Source: a virus | Taxonomy: Duplodnaviria > Caudoviricetes | IMG/VR virus record: IMGVR_UViG_3300046615_000451 | Coordinates: 19,357-83,356 of that record | Length of the DNA stretch: 64,000 bases | Direction: 5' to 3' (one strand) | Part shown: positions 37,743 to 47,472 of the stretch, in pieces | How the letters are laid out: the number at the start of each line of letters is the position of its first letter | Numbering within the stretch: position 1 is the stretch's first letter | The notes under the pieces: generated by a model | The model's input: the letters and a program-made list of their open reading frames with translations, nothing else | What the model was told of the DNA's origin: nothing | Database searches by the model: none | Position numbers and translations under genes: made by a program

Positions 37743-38641
37743 TCATGCGTAAGCGCACAGGGGTTATCAGATACAACTTGAACACGCGAGGCCGCGACTT
37801 TAATGGCCAGGATCGTGAGGTGGACATTGCGGCGGCCATGCTCTTGATTAATGGCCCCGCAGTGCAGGAGCTGGTACGCCAGGGGGACGTATACGGCTAC
37901 GTCGGCCACACGTTCCGCCAGAAATATGGCCTAAACGTGCCTGAGGTGACCACTGAGGGCGGAACGGTGGTGGTGCTTGAGCCCTGCGTGCGCACGGTTT
38001 ACATCAAGTGTCTGCCCGATGGCACGGTAGAGCATGAACAGGAGTTTTTGAACAACGCGCCAGGGCGGATCGGCGGCCGTCTGTTCGACAGCAAGGCCTA
38101 CGGTTTCAGCTCTGTATTCCACGCGCCCGAAGAGAACGGCAAGCGCACGCCCAAGACGTTCCACGGTATGGATTTCGTCAGAGTCCCGAACTACAACACC
38201 AACAAGGGCTACGCAATGCTGGATAGCCTTGAGCCGGGCGCCATTGAGTCGCTGGGCTACGCTGGCGAGTGCGCGGCCCTCATGGACAGCATTGAGGCGA
38301 TCCTGGCGCAGAGCGATGCAGGGGCGGCGGAAATCAGCGAGGCCTACCTGCACCAGTGCAAGGTTAACGATGAGCAGACAGACCTGATCGCTCGCCTGAT
38401 GCTGCGCCTACAGAAAGCCGGTACCGGCGCCATGCTCGATAGTATCGATCCGACCACGCTGCAACGCGGCTCTGAGTTCCTGCCAAGTCGTGCGGCGGAC
38501 ATGCTCGACAGCGCCGACCGATTCATGTCCGCTGTTCTGCCAGAACTGGAGCCGGCGCCCGAGGAAGTGGAAGCTGAGAAGAAATCCGGCGTGCTGGCCA
38601 AAAGCATCGACATGGTGCGCAAAGTGATTGGGGGGGTGTAA
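37739..38641 (+). CDS. pro: Head-processing protease (P1 Pro-like)
   Basis: GDVYGYVGH..RQ, GTVEHEQEFLNNAPGRI, FHGMDFVRVPNY match remembered P1 Pro motifs. Confidence 0.75.
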   Translation: MIMRKRTGVIRYNLNTRGRDFNGQDREVDIAAAMLLINGPAVQELVRQGDVYGYVGHTFRQKYGLNVPEVTTEGGTVVVLEPCVRTVYIKCLPDGTVEHEQEFLNNAPGRIGGRLFDSKAYGFSSVFHAPEENGKRTPKTFHGMDFVRVPNYNTNKGYAMLDSLEPGAIESLGYAGECAALMDSIEAILAQSDAGAAEISEAYLHQCKVNDEQTDLIARLMLRLQKAGTGAMLDSIDPTTLQRGSEFLPSRAADMLDSADRFMSAVLPELEPAPEEVEAEKKSGVLAKSIDMVRKVIGGV

Positions 38642-41215
38642 GTGGCTAACCTTCCCTCTGGTCCAGACGGCTTCCTTGCTGGGAAGGACTCCGAATCGCT
38701 TAGCCGGATCGCCAGCGAAATCGAGGTGCTAAAGGCGATTCACTCGGACACGACCGCGACCCTCAAAACGCTGACCAAAATGGCGCGCTCGCTGTCTGTC
38801 CCTGCGCCAGCGGCGCCGCCCAATCAGCGCGCCCCAGTTGCCCCGCCGCGGGCGCCCGTAGCGCCGCGCGAGCCCTCTTCAAGGCTGCCAGGCGTCCCCT
38901 CGGCCAGTCGTGGCCGGGATGAGAACGGCCGGTGGAGCCCCAAGACGCCAGCCTCAGACGCTGGCCCGTCTCGCAGCAGTGAGGGCGGCCGCGTCTCGGC
39001 GGCCATGCACAACGTCGGGGACTCTCTGAAAGGTGCCGGCCACTCCATAGCGTCCGGCGCCGAAGGCATGGACCCTACTGTCCAGGCCGTCAAAGAAATC
39101 AGCGGCATATTCTCCCCGCTGTCGAGCATGCTTAAGCCCATGGGGCGGCTGTTCGGCCGGGGCAAAACCCCGGAGCAGAAGAATCAGCGCGAAAATGTGA
39201 CCTGGTACCGCCGTATCTGGAGCGCGGTTAAGAACCCGGCCGGTGGTAGTGGCGGCGGTATGGGCATGATGATGACGGCCTTGCTGTCGATGCTTGGCAT
39301 GCTGCTGGCGCCTATCAAGGCATTGGGGCGGCTGTTGGGTATGGGCTCACTGGGCAAGCTCTTGGGCGGGCTTGCGGGTGGCGGCCGCGCGGGCTTAAAA
39401 GGCTCTAAAAGTCGGCTCAATGCGGGGGCGCCGGGCTCAGTAGACGCGAAGGGAAAGCCAGGTAGGGCTGGTAGTACCGCCGGCGCTGCGCCGGCCGGCA
39501 CAAAAGCCGAGGCACAAGCGGCCAAGGCAGCAAAGGCCGGCGGTAAGGGGCTTTTGGGCAAAGGCGTCGACTTCGGTAAATCCCTGATCGGCAAGGGCGC
39601 CGGTCTGCTGGGTAAGTCGGCCAAAGGGTTCATCCGCAAGATTCCATTCATTGGCACGCTGCTGGGCGGCCTCATGGTCGCCAACGCGGTGCTGGCCGAC
39701 GAAAACCCGAACGCAACCCCGGACGAGAAGAAGCAAGCCAAGGCTGACAAGTGGGGAACTGTCGGCGGTGTCGCGGGTGGTGTTGTCGGCGGCGCTATAG
39801 GTAGCTTTCTCGGCCCGGTCGGCACTGTCATTGGCGGCGTTGTGGGCGACTATGTTGGCTCGATGATGGGCGAATGGCTGTCGACCGTTGATTTTGACGC
39901 CGTGGCCAAAACCGTCAGCGATACCTTTAGCTCTCTCGCTGATAGCACTCTCAAAGCGGCCAGCTCGGCGTTCGACTCGGTAAAGAGCTCCTGGAACGGC
40001 ATGGTGGAGAGCGCCGCCAAAATCTTTACCAGCATGAGCGATTGGGCCAAAGACACCTGGAAGGCTGCCACAGAGGCAGTCATGGGTATCAAGGACACCG
40101 TGGCCGACAAGGTGCAGAGCGCTCAGGACTATGTGGGCGATAAAGTCACGTCGGTGAAGGATGCCGGCCAGAACCTGCTGGCGAAGGCCACAGGGGGCAG
40201 CTACACGGGCGGCTCCAACGCGCGCAAGGATGAGCTGATTAAGGCGATGGACGCCGGCGGTATCACCGATCCGAAGTCGAAAGCCATGCTCATGGCCAAC
40301 GTTGACGTTGAGACGGGCGGTTTCAAGAAGAACGAGGAAAACCTTAACTACAGCGCCAAGCGCCTACAGGAGGTATTCCCCAAGTACTACAGCACCCCCG
40401 AGGCGGCGCGCGCGGATGCCAACAACCCCGAGGCCATTGCCAACAAGGTCTATGGCGGGCGTATGGGCAACACCGACGCGGGAGACGGGTACAAGTACCG
40501 TGGGCGTGGCGATATCCAGCTCACCGGCAAGGCGCAATATGCGGACATGGGCAAAAAGCTGGGCGTCGACCTGGTGAATAACCCGGATCTGGCCATGGAC
40601 CCGAAATATTCGGCGCAGATCGCCGTGCAGCACTGGAAAGGTTCCGGCGCCGACAGAGCAGCCATGGCTGGCGACCAGGACCGCGCCCGTAAGCTCACCA
40701 ACGGCGGCACCAATGGCCTGGAGGACGTGAAAAGCAAGTACGACGGCTACCTGGCTCAGGCCAAGGCCGGCGACTTGACGCCAACCCGGCGCGCCGATCA
40801 GGGCAAGGTGCAAGCCCCCGAGGGCGCCACCGCTGCGCTGGCCAGTACCATGTCAGCGGTAAAGGGCGCCCCAGCCGTGGGAGTAATGCCGATTGGACCG
40901 CGTGGACCACTGGCCCCGGCCATGCCTGGCGCTCAAACGGTGGGGGTTATGGCGCCGACGGTGCCGAGCGTGGGTATGGCATCCATCAGGCCGATCAATG
41001 CCGGCACGATGGCCGCCCCCAGCTACTCCCCGCCGGCGCCGGACGCCTCCCTAACCAAGATCGCGCCGACGCCCGCAGTTGAAAAGCCCCTCCTGACGCC
41101 AGGCAAGGCCGCGCCCGCCACGAGCGTTCAAGTGTCGGTGCCGCTCAGCCAGAACCTGGAAGACAGGCAGATTGCCCACGTCGCCAGTGGTGGCATAGGT
41201 ATGGGGAGCATGTAG
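38642..41215 (+). CDS. Tape-measure-like protein with GH19 lysozyme/chitinase domain (P1 Sit analogue)
   Basis: Gly/Ala-rich helical region; VETGGF...EENLNYS...YRGRGDIQLTGKAQY...KLTNGGTNGL. Confidence 0.85.
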   Translation: MANLPSGPDGFLAGKDSESLSRIASEIEVLKAIHSDTTATLKTLTKMARSLSVPAPAAPPNQRAPVAPPRAPVAPREPSSRLPGVPSASRGRDENGRWSPKTPASDAGPSRSSEGGRVSAAMHNVGDSLKGAGHSIASGAEGMDPTVQAVKEISGIFSPLSSMLKPMGRLFGRGKTPEQKNQRENVTWYRRIWSAVKNPAGGSGGGMGMMMTALLSMLGMLLAPIKALGRLLGMGSLGKLLGGLAGGGRAGLKGSKSRLNAGAPGSVDAKGKPGRAGSTAGAAPAGTKAEAQAAKAAKAGGKGLLGKGVDFGKSLIGKGAGLLGKSAKGFIRKIPFIGTLLGGLMVANAVLADENPNATPDEKKQAKADKWGTVGGVAGGVVGGAIGSFLGPVGTVIGGVVGDYVGSMMGEWLSTVDFDAVAKTVSDTFSSLADSTLKAASSAFDSVKSSWNGMVESAAKIFTSMSDWAKDTWKAATEAVMGIKDTVADKVQSAQDYVGDKVTSVKDAGQNLLAKATGGSYTGGSNARKDELIKAMDAGGITDPKSKAMLMANVDVETGGFKKNEENLNYSAKRLQEVFPKYYSTPEAARADANNPEAIANKVYGGRMGNTDAGDGYKYRGRGDIQLTGKAQYADMGKKLGVDLVNNPDLAMDPKYSAQIAVQHWKGSGADRAAMAGDQDRARKLTNGGTNGLEDVKSKYDGYLAQAKAGDLTPTRRADQGKVQAPEGATAALASTMSAVKGAPAVGVMPIGPRGPLAPAMPGAQTVGVMAPTVPSVGMASIRPINAGTMAAPSYSPPAPDASLTKIAPTPAVEKPLLTPGKAAPATSVQVSVPLSQNLEDRQIAHVASGGIGMGSM

Positions 41216-41230
41216 CCCCGTCAGTTCACT

Positions 41231-41271
41231 GCAAACCGCCCCGCAATAGGGCGGTTTTTGTTTGTCATCAT
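41231..41271 (+). promoter_or_regulatory. Putative late promoter (GCAAAC...CATCAT) overlapping terminator hairpin 41233-41259
   Basis: Conserved spacing; hairpin AAACCGCCC/GGGCGGTTT. Confidence 0.65.
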
Positions 41272-41299
41272 GTAATCAATAAACCGCTACCGGTGCCCT

Positions 41300-41620
41300 A
41301 TGGCAGACGACACGCTCAACACGGACCTGCTCTTTCGCATGATTGCCCATTGGGTGGGTACCCGGCCGAACACCTATTACGGATCGACCTATGGCGCGCC
41401 GACCGAGGACTTGCTGCAAAAGCCCCTCAGTTCGCCCATTGCTGACGCCTACCTGGCCAAGATGCGCGAAGACATTCCCGTTATCGCTGCGCTGCCGCCG
41501 GGCACGATCAACATGTACACGGACAACGATGGGCTTGACCGAAAAACCATCTATATCGATATCAACGGCTCCTACGTGAGTCTGGCGGACCTGGGGGACG
41601 TGCAACGTGGCAGTTACTAA
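41300..41620 (+). CDS. Baseplate wedge initiator (gpW/gp25; P1 PmgA-like)
   Basis: HWVGTRPNTYYGSTYG; position between TMP and baseplate J. Confidence 0.55.
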   Translation: MADDTLNTDLLFRMIAHWVGTRPNTYYGSTYGAPTEDLLQKPLSSPIADAYLAKMREDIPVIAALPPGTINMYTDNDGLDRKTIYIDINGSYVSLADLGDVQRGSY

Positions 41621-43001
41621 AGACGATTTCATTCAAAGCGCGGTTAATGAAATCGCCAGCTACCCCACTATCGCCATGCGGTACCAGATTGGCGACCCGC
41701 TGATTATCCAGGGGCTCGCCTCGATGGGGGGCATGCTGGCGGACGTGAGCAATCAGGTGGAAGTGACCGCCGGCGAACCCTTCACAAAGGCCCGCGACGT
41801 GACGGTACGCAGTGATGCAGCCGTTAAGGGTATCTTGCCCTTCGCTACGCCAGCCATTGCCGCCATCAAGGTCACGAACGGCGCCCTGGTGCCGGTCCAG
41901 GTGCTGGCGGGGCGAGTGCTCCAAGATGCGGCTGGGCGCTATTGGCTGGTCACGTCGGGGGTGAACCTGGCCGCCGGCGCAATCGGCTACCTGACGGCCA
42001 AGCAAGTCAGCTCGCGAGCATTCACGCACCAGGTGGCGACCTACGCCCCGTTCTACTCGATCCCCCTCAGTCAGCCCGAAGTTGGGTTTATCGCCAACGT
42101 GCTGGTGGACACTTTCGAGTACTCCACAAACTTCGCCAACATCCTGGACGGCGAACGGGTTTACAACATCAAGTCCAACGAAGTCAGTGAGCTGTTCCTG
42201 CAATTCGGTATCGCTGGGCTTTCCGGGTTTCAGCCGGCCGTGGGCGCGCAGATCAAAATCGCCGTGCAAGATACAGAGGGGGCTGTGACGCTCTCCACCG
42301 GTATGAAGTTCTATTTTGAGTACACCGGTGGCGCCAGTGATGCGTTGTTGGCCATGGAGCTGTCAGAGGTCAGCCAGGCCGGCGCCAACCCGATGGACAT
42401 CACGACCATGCGCGAGGTGTGTTCCTACCCCGGCATATACGACGACAGCGCCGTATTCGGCTCCAACTTCGATTTTGTGGTGCGCAAGGCCATCAGCCCG
42501 GTAACGTTCCTCAGTATCTGGAACGAAGCCAAGGAAGAAACGGTGCGCGGTGCCAGCCTGGACAATATCAACACCCTGTTCATCGCCGTTCGTAAGGCCG
42601 GATCAACCGACACGGTGCTGCGCGCGCAGATCGACACGGTAATCAAGCGCGCCGACGACAGCTACAAGCGCAAGTACGTGCCGGTGATCGATGTCGTGGT
42701 GCCCATGGTGATCACCCTCACCATTCCATCGGTCTATGACTCGGGCGCCGTTACCCAACAAGTCAGCACCATCCTGCTCGACCACTACGGCCCCGAATCG
42801 GCTTGGGCCAAACGGGGCGAGGCGCAGATTCTGGAAAAAGACGTATACGCGCTGATGGTCGATAACAACGTGACTGCACTCTCTGCGCGCCTGGGTAACA
42901 TGACGGTAGACAGCATTGGTGATGACGCTGAGGTGTTACCCGAGCAATACCGGTACATCACGCCAGAAAGCTTAATCATCAACATTCAGGAGGCGGGCTG
43001 A
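41607..43001 (+). CDS. Baseplate J-like protein (P1 BplA-like)
   Basis: 464 aa; GANPMDITTMRE...YDDSAV; synteny. Confidence 0.65.
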   Translation: MAVTKDDFIQSAVNEIASYPTIAMRYQIGDPLIIQGLASMGGMLADVSNQVEVTAGEPFTKARDVTVRSDAAVKGILPFATPAIAAIKVTNGALVPVQVLAGRVLQDAAGRYWLVTSGVNLAAGAIGYLTAKQVSSRAFTHQVATYAPFYSIPLSQPEVGFIANVLVDTFEYSTNFANILDGERVYNIKSNEVSELFLQFGIAGLSGFQPAVGAQIKIAVQDTEGAVTLSTGMKFYFEYTGGASDALLAMELSEVSQAGANPMDITTMREVCSYPGIYDDSAVFGSNFDFVVRKAISPVTFLSIWNEAKEETVRGASLDNINTLFIAVRKAGSTDTVLRAQIDTVIKRADDSYKRKYVPVIDVVVPMVITLTIPSVYDSGAVTQQVSTILLDHYGPESAWAKRGEAQILEKDVYALMVDNNVTALSARLGNMTVDSIGDDAEVLPEQYRYITPESLIINIQEAG

Positions 43002-43002
43002 T

Positions 43003-43719
43003 ATGGAGCTTCTGCCGCTTGTTCGCAGTGCTGAGTTCGACGAGGTTGAAAGCGAATTCAAAGCGCTGTTCCTCAGCCTGTACAAGCAACACGTAGACGA
43101 TCAGGTCACCGAGGTGGCGCTGTACGGCATGCCCCATATCGGCCCTGACTCTTTGGTTGAGCGAAGCCTTACCGTGGATGGCCTGGCCGTCTTGCGCACC
43201 ACCACCATGGAGCAGATCCGCCACTTGTTCCACGCCTGGCGTTATCGCAACCCTCAGCGCGGCACGACGTTTCTGGCGACCTATCTCAAGACCTTGTTTG
43301 GCCCGGTGTTCACCATTAATCAGCTCTGGTGCAAGAAGGCCGGCGAATACCCGGTCGACGTAATGACGGCGGCTGAAATGACGCTGGCCGGCGAGCAGGA
43401 GGCTGATTACTTCCTAACCAGTCGACTGCGTGTGGACATAGAGACTGAGATTATTCCATCGCGCATCCTGGCTGCGGCCCGTACCGCCGTGGCCGCCAGA
43501 TTCGTGCTGGAACTGCGCGCGGTACGTCGCACCCTATCCACTTATCGGGTGGGAATGATCGCCAACTCAGTGCTGGTGTGTCGCACTCAAGGTGCTTCGC
43601 TATACCAGCAGCCTGAAATCCAGGCGGGCGAGACTTCTAGGTTGGCTACGATCATGGGCGGATCGAACTTTGTGTACAGCGTGGGAGGCGGCGCAGACAC
43701 GCAAAGTCACCTAAATTAG
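43003..43719 (+). CDS. Baseplate wedge protein (gpI / P1 gp16-like)
   Basis: RGTTFLATYL; position before the fibre. Confidence 0.55.
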   Translation: MELLPLVRSAEFDEVESEFKALFLSLYKQHVDDQVTEVALYGMPHIGPDSLVERSLTVDGLAVLRTTTMEQIRHLFHAWRYRNPQRGTTFLATYLKTLFGPVFTINQLWCKKAGEYPVDVMTAAEMTLAGEQEADYFLTSRLRVDIETEIIPSRILAAARTAVAARFVLELRAVRRTLSTYRVGMIANSVLVCRTQGASLYQQPEIQAGETSRLATIMGGSNFVYSVGGGADTQSHLN

Positions 43720-43741
43720 GGCGTTTTTTGGTCAGTAGACT
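43701..43741 (+). promoter_or_regulatory. Putative late promoter (GCAAAG...TAGACT) for tail fibre
   Basis: Conserved spacing. Confidence 0.65.
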
Positions 43742-43767
43742 TTGCCATAAACCAACTTGGGGGCTTT

Positions 43768-46110
43768 ATGGCGAATCCTGTAATCATCAACCCGACACTG
43801 ACGCTGGCGGGGCAAATTGCCGCGTTTAACGCCAGTGGTACAGGGCTTGAGCTGAACATCACGCACGTTTCCTTCGGGACCGATCACTATGATCCAACTG
43901 GCGATGAGATCGCGCTTCGCGCCCCGGTCGGGATCAAGATTCCGGTAGCGGGGGCCAGTCGTCCGACTCCTACTCAAATCCGCATGGTCAGTGTCTGGCA
44001 CGACGACGTTGGCGAGGTGCCCGTTGGTGAAATTGGGTTTTGGGCAGACGACACGCTGGTATTCGTTTGGTCAAAAGCTGACGGCACAATCGCGTCGTAC
44101 AAGACTAATGGCGTTGCCTACGTCCTTTTCAATGACCTGACCTTTTCCTCTGCCCCCCCCAACAGCATCAATTTTACCGTAGATCCTAACGAAAGCGTGG
44201 CGCTGGCGGCGTTGGCTGCGCACGAGGGCGCATCAAACGCTCACCCGCAATATGTACTACGCGCCAAGTTCCCCGACTACCAGGGCCACTTGTGGGGTGA
44301 CGTGGGCGGCACGGCCAACGCCATAACACTAACCTTGCCGGCCATTGTTGAGCTGACGGGCTATATCAAGGGAAATCGTTTCACGTTCAAAGCGACCTCG
44401 ACGAATACCGGCGACACTACGATCAACGTTGCAAACGTAGGGCCGGTGCAAGTGCTCAAAACCGGCGGTTTGGCGTTGTCGGCAGGCAGTATCGTCGCGG
44501 GTGGCGTGTATGACGTGTATTACGACGGTGCAAAGTTTCAGCTCACTGCGGGCGCGGGCTTTGCAAGTGCCGAGGCGACAACTGCCGAAGTAACCGGAAC
44601 TACGGCCATCAATAGCACTAGCTGGGTATCTGTTCGGCGCCTGCTTGAAGCGATGGCCCTCAAGGCGAACTTGGCCGACCCTACGTTTACCGGGACGCCA
44701 AAGGCACCAACCGCCACCGCTCTGACTAGCTCAACGCAAATTGCCACCACTGCGTTTGTCTATTCAGTACTGATCAATACCATGACCAAATCGGTGGCTG
44801 GCGGGGTGGACATTACCATGTCCACTACCGAGGCGAAGTATCCGATATTTCGGTTTGTTGGCGCCTTGACCGCCAATATCAACATCATTGTTCCATCCGG
44901 CGTTAACGCCAACTGGGCAGTTGTAAATAACACCTCCGGGGCGTACACGCTGACAGTAAAGACCGCGAGCAGCCCAGGGGTGACGGTGGCGCAAGGGCAA
45001 TCGCGGAGCGTACTGATAGTCGACACTGTTACCTTAATTAGCGCGAATAGCGACATGACGAATGTGGCCCTAACCGGCCTCCCGACCGCGCCGACTGCTG
45101 CGCCAGGGACTAACACCAATCAGGTAGCTAACACGGCTTTTGTAAGTACGGCGCTGGCTAACCTGGTGGCCTCGTCCCCAGCGGCGCTAGACACCCTAAA
45201 CGAACTGGCGGCGGCGCTGGGCAATGACCCTAACTTTGCCACGACTGTGACCAACGCCTTAGCGGGCAAGGTCGCGACCAGCGACAAAGCAACTCAGCTT
45301 GAGGCGGAGACAGGTACTGACAATACCAAATGGATGACCCCGCTTCGTGCGAGTCAGGCAATCTCAAAGGTTGTAGCGACCGAAATTTTTTCGGACGCTA
45401 CAGCCGGCGCAACCACCGTCACACTACCTGCCGCCAACAAGCCGATGGATGTTGTTGTACGGCGGGTCGACAACACCGGCAACCGCCTGGTGGTTCAAGC
45501 AGCGGGCACAGATAAAGTCCTGTTTCATACCCACTTGCGCCCCGAGGGCTACTCGTTCTTCGTTCTGATGGGGGCGGGAGACTTCTGGTATCTGCGCAGT
45601 GACGGCGCCGGCCATTGGCGCCTGCTTTATCGTCTGAACAGCGAGTCGTTGGGCCGGCCGGTATTTGAGACAACCACCGCGTTCTCTCCAGGCGGCTGGG
45701 GTGGTATTAACAATTTTACGTATAACCGCGCCGACTGGCCCTGGTTGTGGGACCACGCGCAGGCGTCGGGGATGCTGACCACGGAAGCCGCTCGCACTGG
45801 TATGGAAGGTGGATGGACCTCGGGCGACGGGGCATTGACGTTCCGGGTTCCGGAAGGTCGAGCCGAGTTCTGGCAAGTGCTGGATGAGGGTCGCGGAGTT
45901 GATGTTGGTCGCGCGGCGGGTAGCTGGAAGGCCTCCGATAACAAAGCGCACAACCACGCACTTTCTGGGGCCGGGAACTACGGCACCCAGATGATGGGCG
46001 GCGGTAGCGTCACTTATGCACAGTGGACCGCCGGTTCCACTGCATCTAGCGGTGGTGCAGAGGCTCGTCCTCGAAGCATCGCATATCCTGGCCGTTTTAA
46101 AATGATCTGA
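43768..46110 (+). CDS. Tail fibre protein
   Basis: Fibre repeats FTGTPKAPT...QIATTAFV and SSPAALDTLNELAAALGNDPNF; C-terminal collar FRVPEGRAEF...RPRSIAY. Confidence 0.92.
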   Translation: MANPVIINPTLTLAGQIAAFNASGTGLELNITHVSFGTDHYDPTGDEIALRAPVGIKIPVAGASRPTPTQIRMVSVWHDDVGEVPVGEIGFWADDTLVFVWSKADGTIASYKTNGVAYVLFNDLTFSSAPPNSINFTVDPNESVALAALAAHEGASNAHPQYVLRAKFPDYQGHLWGDVGGTANAITLTLPAIVELTGYIKGNRFTFKATSTNTGDTTINVANVGPVQVLKTGGLALSAGSIVAGGVYDVYYDGAKFQLTAGAGFASAEATTAEVTGTTAINSTSWVSVRRLLEAMALKANLADPTFTGTPKAPTATALTSSTQIATTAFVYSVLINTMTKSVAGGVDITMSTTEAKYPIFRFVGALTANINIIVPSGVNANWAVVNNTSGAYTLTVKTASSPGVTVAQGQSRSVLIVDTVTLISANSDMTNVALTGLPTAPTAAPGTNTNQVANTAFVSTALANLVASSPAALDTLNELAAALGNDPNFATTVTNALAGKVATSDKATQLEAETGTDNTKWMTPLRASQAISKVVATEIFSDATAGATTVTLPAANKPMDVVVRRVDNTGNRLVVQAAGTDKVLFHTHLRPEGYSFFVLMGAGDFWYLRSDGAGHWRLLYRLNSESLGRPVFETTTAFSPGGWGGINNFTYNRADWPWLWDHAQASGMLTTEAARTGMEGGWTSGDGALTFRVPEGRAEFWQVLDEGRGVDVGRAAGSWKASDNKAHNHALSGAGNYGTQMMGGGSVTYAQWTAGSTASSGGAEARPRSIAYPGRFKMI

Positions 46111-46117
46111 GGTGTCT

Positions 46118-46924
46118 ATGAGCGCGATGAGCAAAATTGTTTACATGACTGACCTGGCCGGCGGCCTATCCCCTTACCTGTTGGGCGTGGTGCCGGGAAT
46201 CGGCTTCCAGCCACCAGAGGGCGCCATCGATCTGGGCTATGAACTGGAGGCGCCGGCGGAGGGCTTTGCGTGGACGATGCTGGCCGGCGAACCGGTTCAA
46301 GTGCGCGACTGTCGGGGGACCGTCTGCTGCACCGCCACGGGGGCTGAGCAGCCGCACGATTTGTTGGGTGATCTGCCCGACGGCCTGACGCCCGAGCCGC
46401 GCCCATCGCCTGCCCATGCTTGGACTGATGGGCAATGGCAGGTTAGCGCGGAGCTTGTGGCACAGCTACGCGCGGCGGCTCAGACGAAGTACTGGGAGCT
46501 GATCAAGGCCGACCGCGACCGCCGCAAGGAGGCCGGGTTTAAGGTGGGCGATAAGTGGGTGCATTCCGACCTGTTCAGCCGTAGCCAATGGCTGGGCTTG
46601 AAAGACAACGCCCGCGACACCCTGGCCGCTGGCGGCGCCATGGCCGGCGTCCTGCATGACGGCGAAGGCCAGCCCATCCTGTGGAAAATGCTGGACGGTT
46701 CCTTTGTCCAGGTGACGGCGCAACTGGCGTTCGACGTAGTATCAGCCGTTACGTGCTCTGACATGACGATTTTCAAAGTGGCCGAGGTGCATAACGCTTC
46801 CATGCGTGCCGCTGAAGATCCGGGCGCCTACGACTACAGCACCGGCTGGCCACAAACCTATGCAGAGTCGATAGAAATCCCACCTGTAGACCCTGAGACA
46901 ATTCCCCCTGTTGATCCAGCATAG
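46118..46924 (+). CDS. Tail fibre assembly chaperone fused to a DUF4376-like domain
   Basis: Tfa-type VRDCRGTV...GDLPDGLTPEPRPSPAHAWTDGQW; IKADRDRR..GF...HSDLFSR. Confidence 0.75.
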   Translation: MSAMSKIVYMTDLAGGLSPYLLGVVPGIGFQPPEGAIDLGYELEAPAEGFAWTMLAGEPVQVRDCRGTVCCTATGAEQPHDLLGDLPDGLTPEPRPSPAHAWTDGQWQVSAELVAQLRAAAQTKYWELIKADRDRRKEAGFKVGDKWVHSDLFSRSQWLGLKDNARDTLAAGGAMAGVLHDGEGQPILWKMLDGSFVQVTAQLAFDVVSAVTCSDMTIFKVAEVHNASMRAAEDPGAYDYSTGWPQTYAESIEIPPVDPETIPPVDPA

Positions 46925-46935
46925 GAATCGTCGCA

Positions 46936-47418
46936 ATGAAGCAATCGGTACAGCTACTGTTCACTCGCCGCCGCATGATCGGCAGTCTGCTTATCCGGGG
47001 CGTTACCTGGTCGTCGTTCAGTCACGTTGAAATCGTGGTGGGCGACCAGGTGATAGGCGCCAACATGGTGGGAGGCGTGAGCCTGACGCCGCTCAAGGAG
47101 CGTCTGGCGAATTCCAGCTATGCCGCCCTGGTCAATATCCCTTGCCATGACGCTCAGGCGATCAAGCAGACGGCGTTGAGCATGATCGGCGCCGGCTATG
47201 ACTATCTGGCGCTGTTCGGGATCCTGGTGCACTCCGAGCGCTTCGACAGCAAGGCGCGTTTCTTCTGCTCCGAGTTTGTGGCGTGGGCGTTTGAAAAGGC
47301 CGGTTCGCCGTTGATTCGTCCGGAGATTACCGGCCGCGTCACGCCCCAGCACCTTTGGATGCTCCCTGCTCCCGCGGTGACCGCTGGCGACCCTCTTTCG
47401 CTCTTAAATTTGGCCTAA
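46936..47418 (+). CDS. Permuted NlpC/P60 (YiiX/YebB-like) papain-fold enzyme
   Basis: SFSHVEI...YDY...FFCSEFVAWAF...TPQHL (His before Cys). Confidence 0.8.
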   Translation: MKQSVQLLFTRRRMIGSLLIRGVTWSSFSHVEIVVGDQVIGANMVGGVSLTPLKERLANSSYAALVNIPCHDAQAIKQTALSMIGAGYDYLALFGILVHSERFDSKARFFCSEFVAWAFEKAGSPLIRPEITGRVTPQHLWMLPAPAVTAGDPLSLLNLA

Positions 47419-47419
47419 C

Positions 47420-47437
47420 AATGTATAGGGATACTTT
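47420..47437. promoter_or_regulatory. AATGTATAGGGAT[A/G]CTTT motif, copy 3
   Basis: Identical to 22234-22251. Confidence 0.6.
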
Positions 47438-47472
47438 TCCGGGGTGCGCCCCGGCGAAGTATCGAGGTATTT

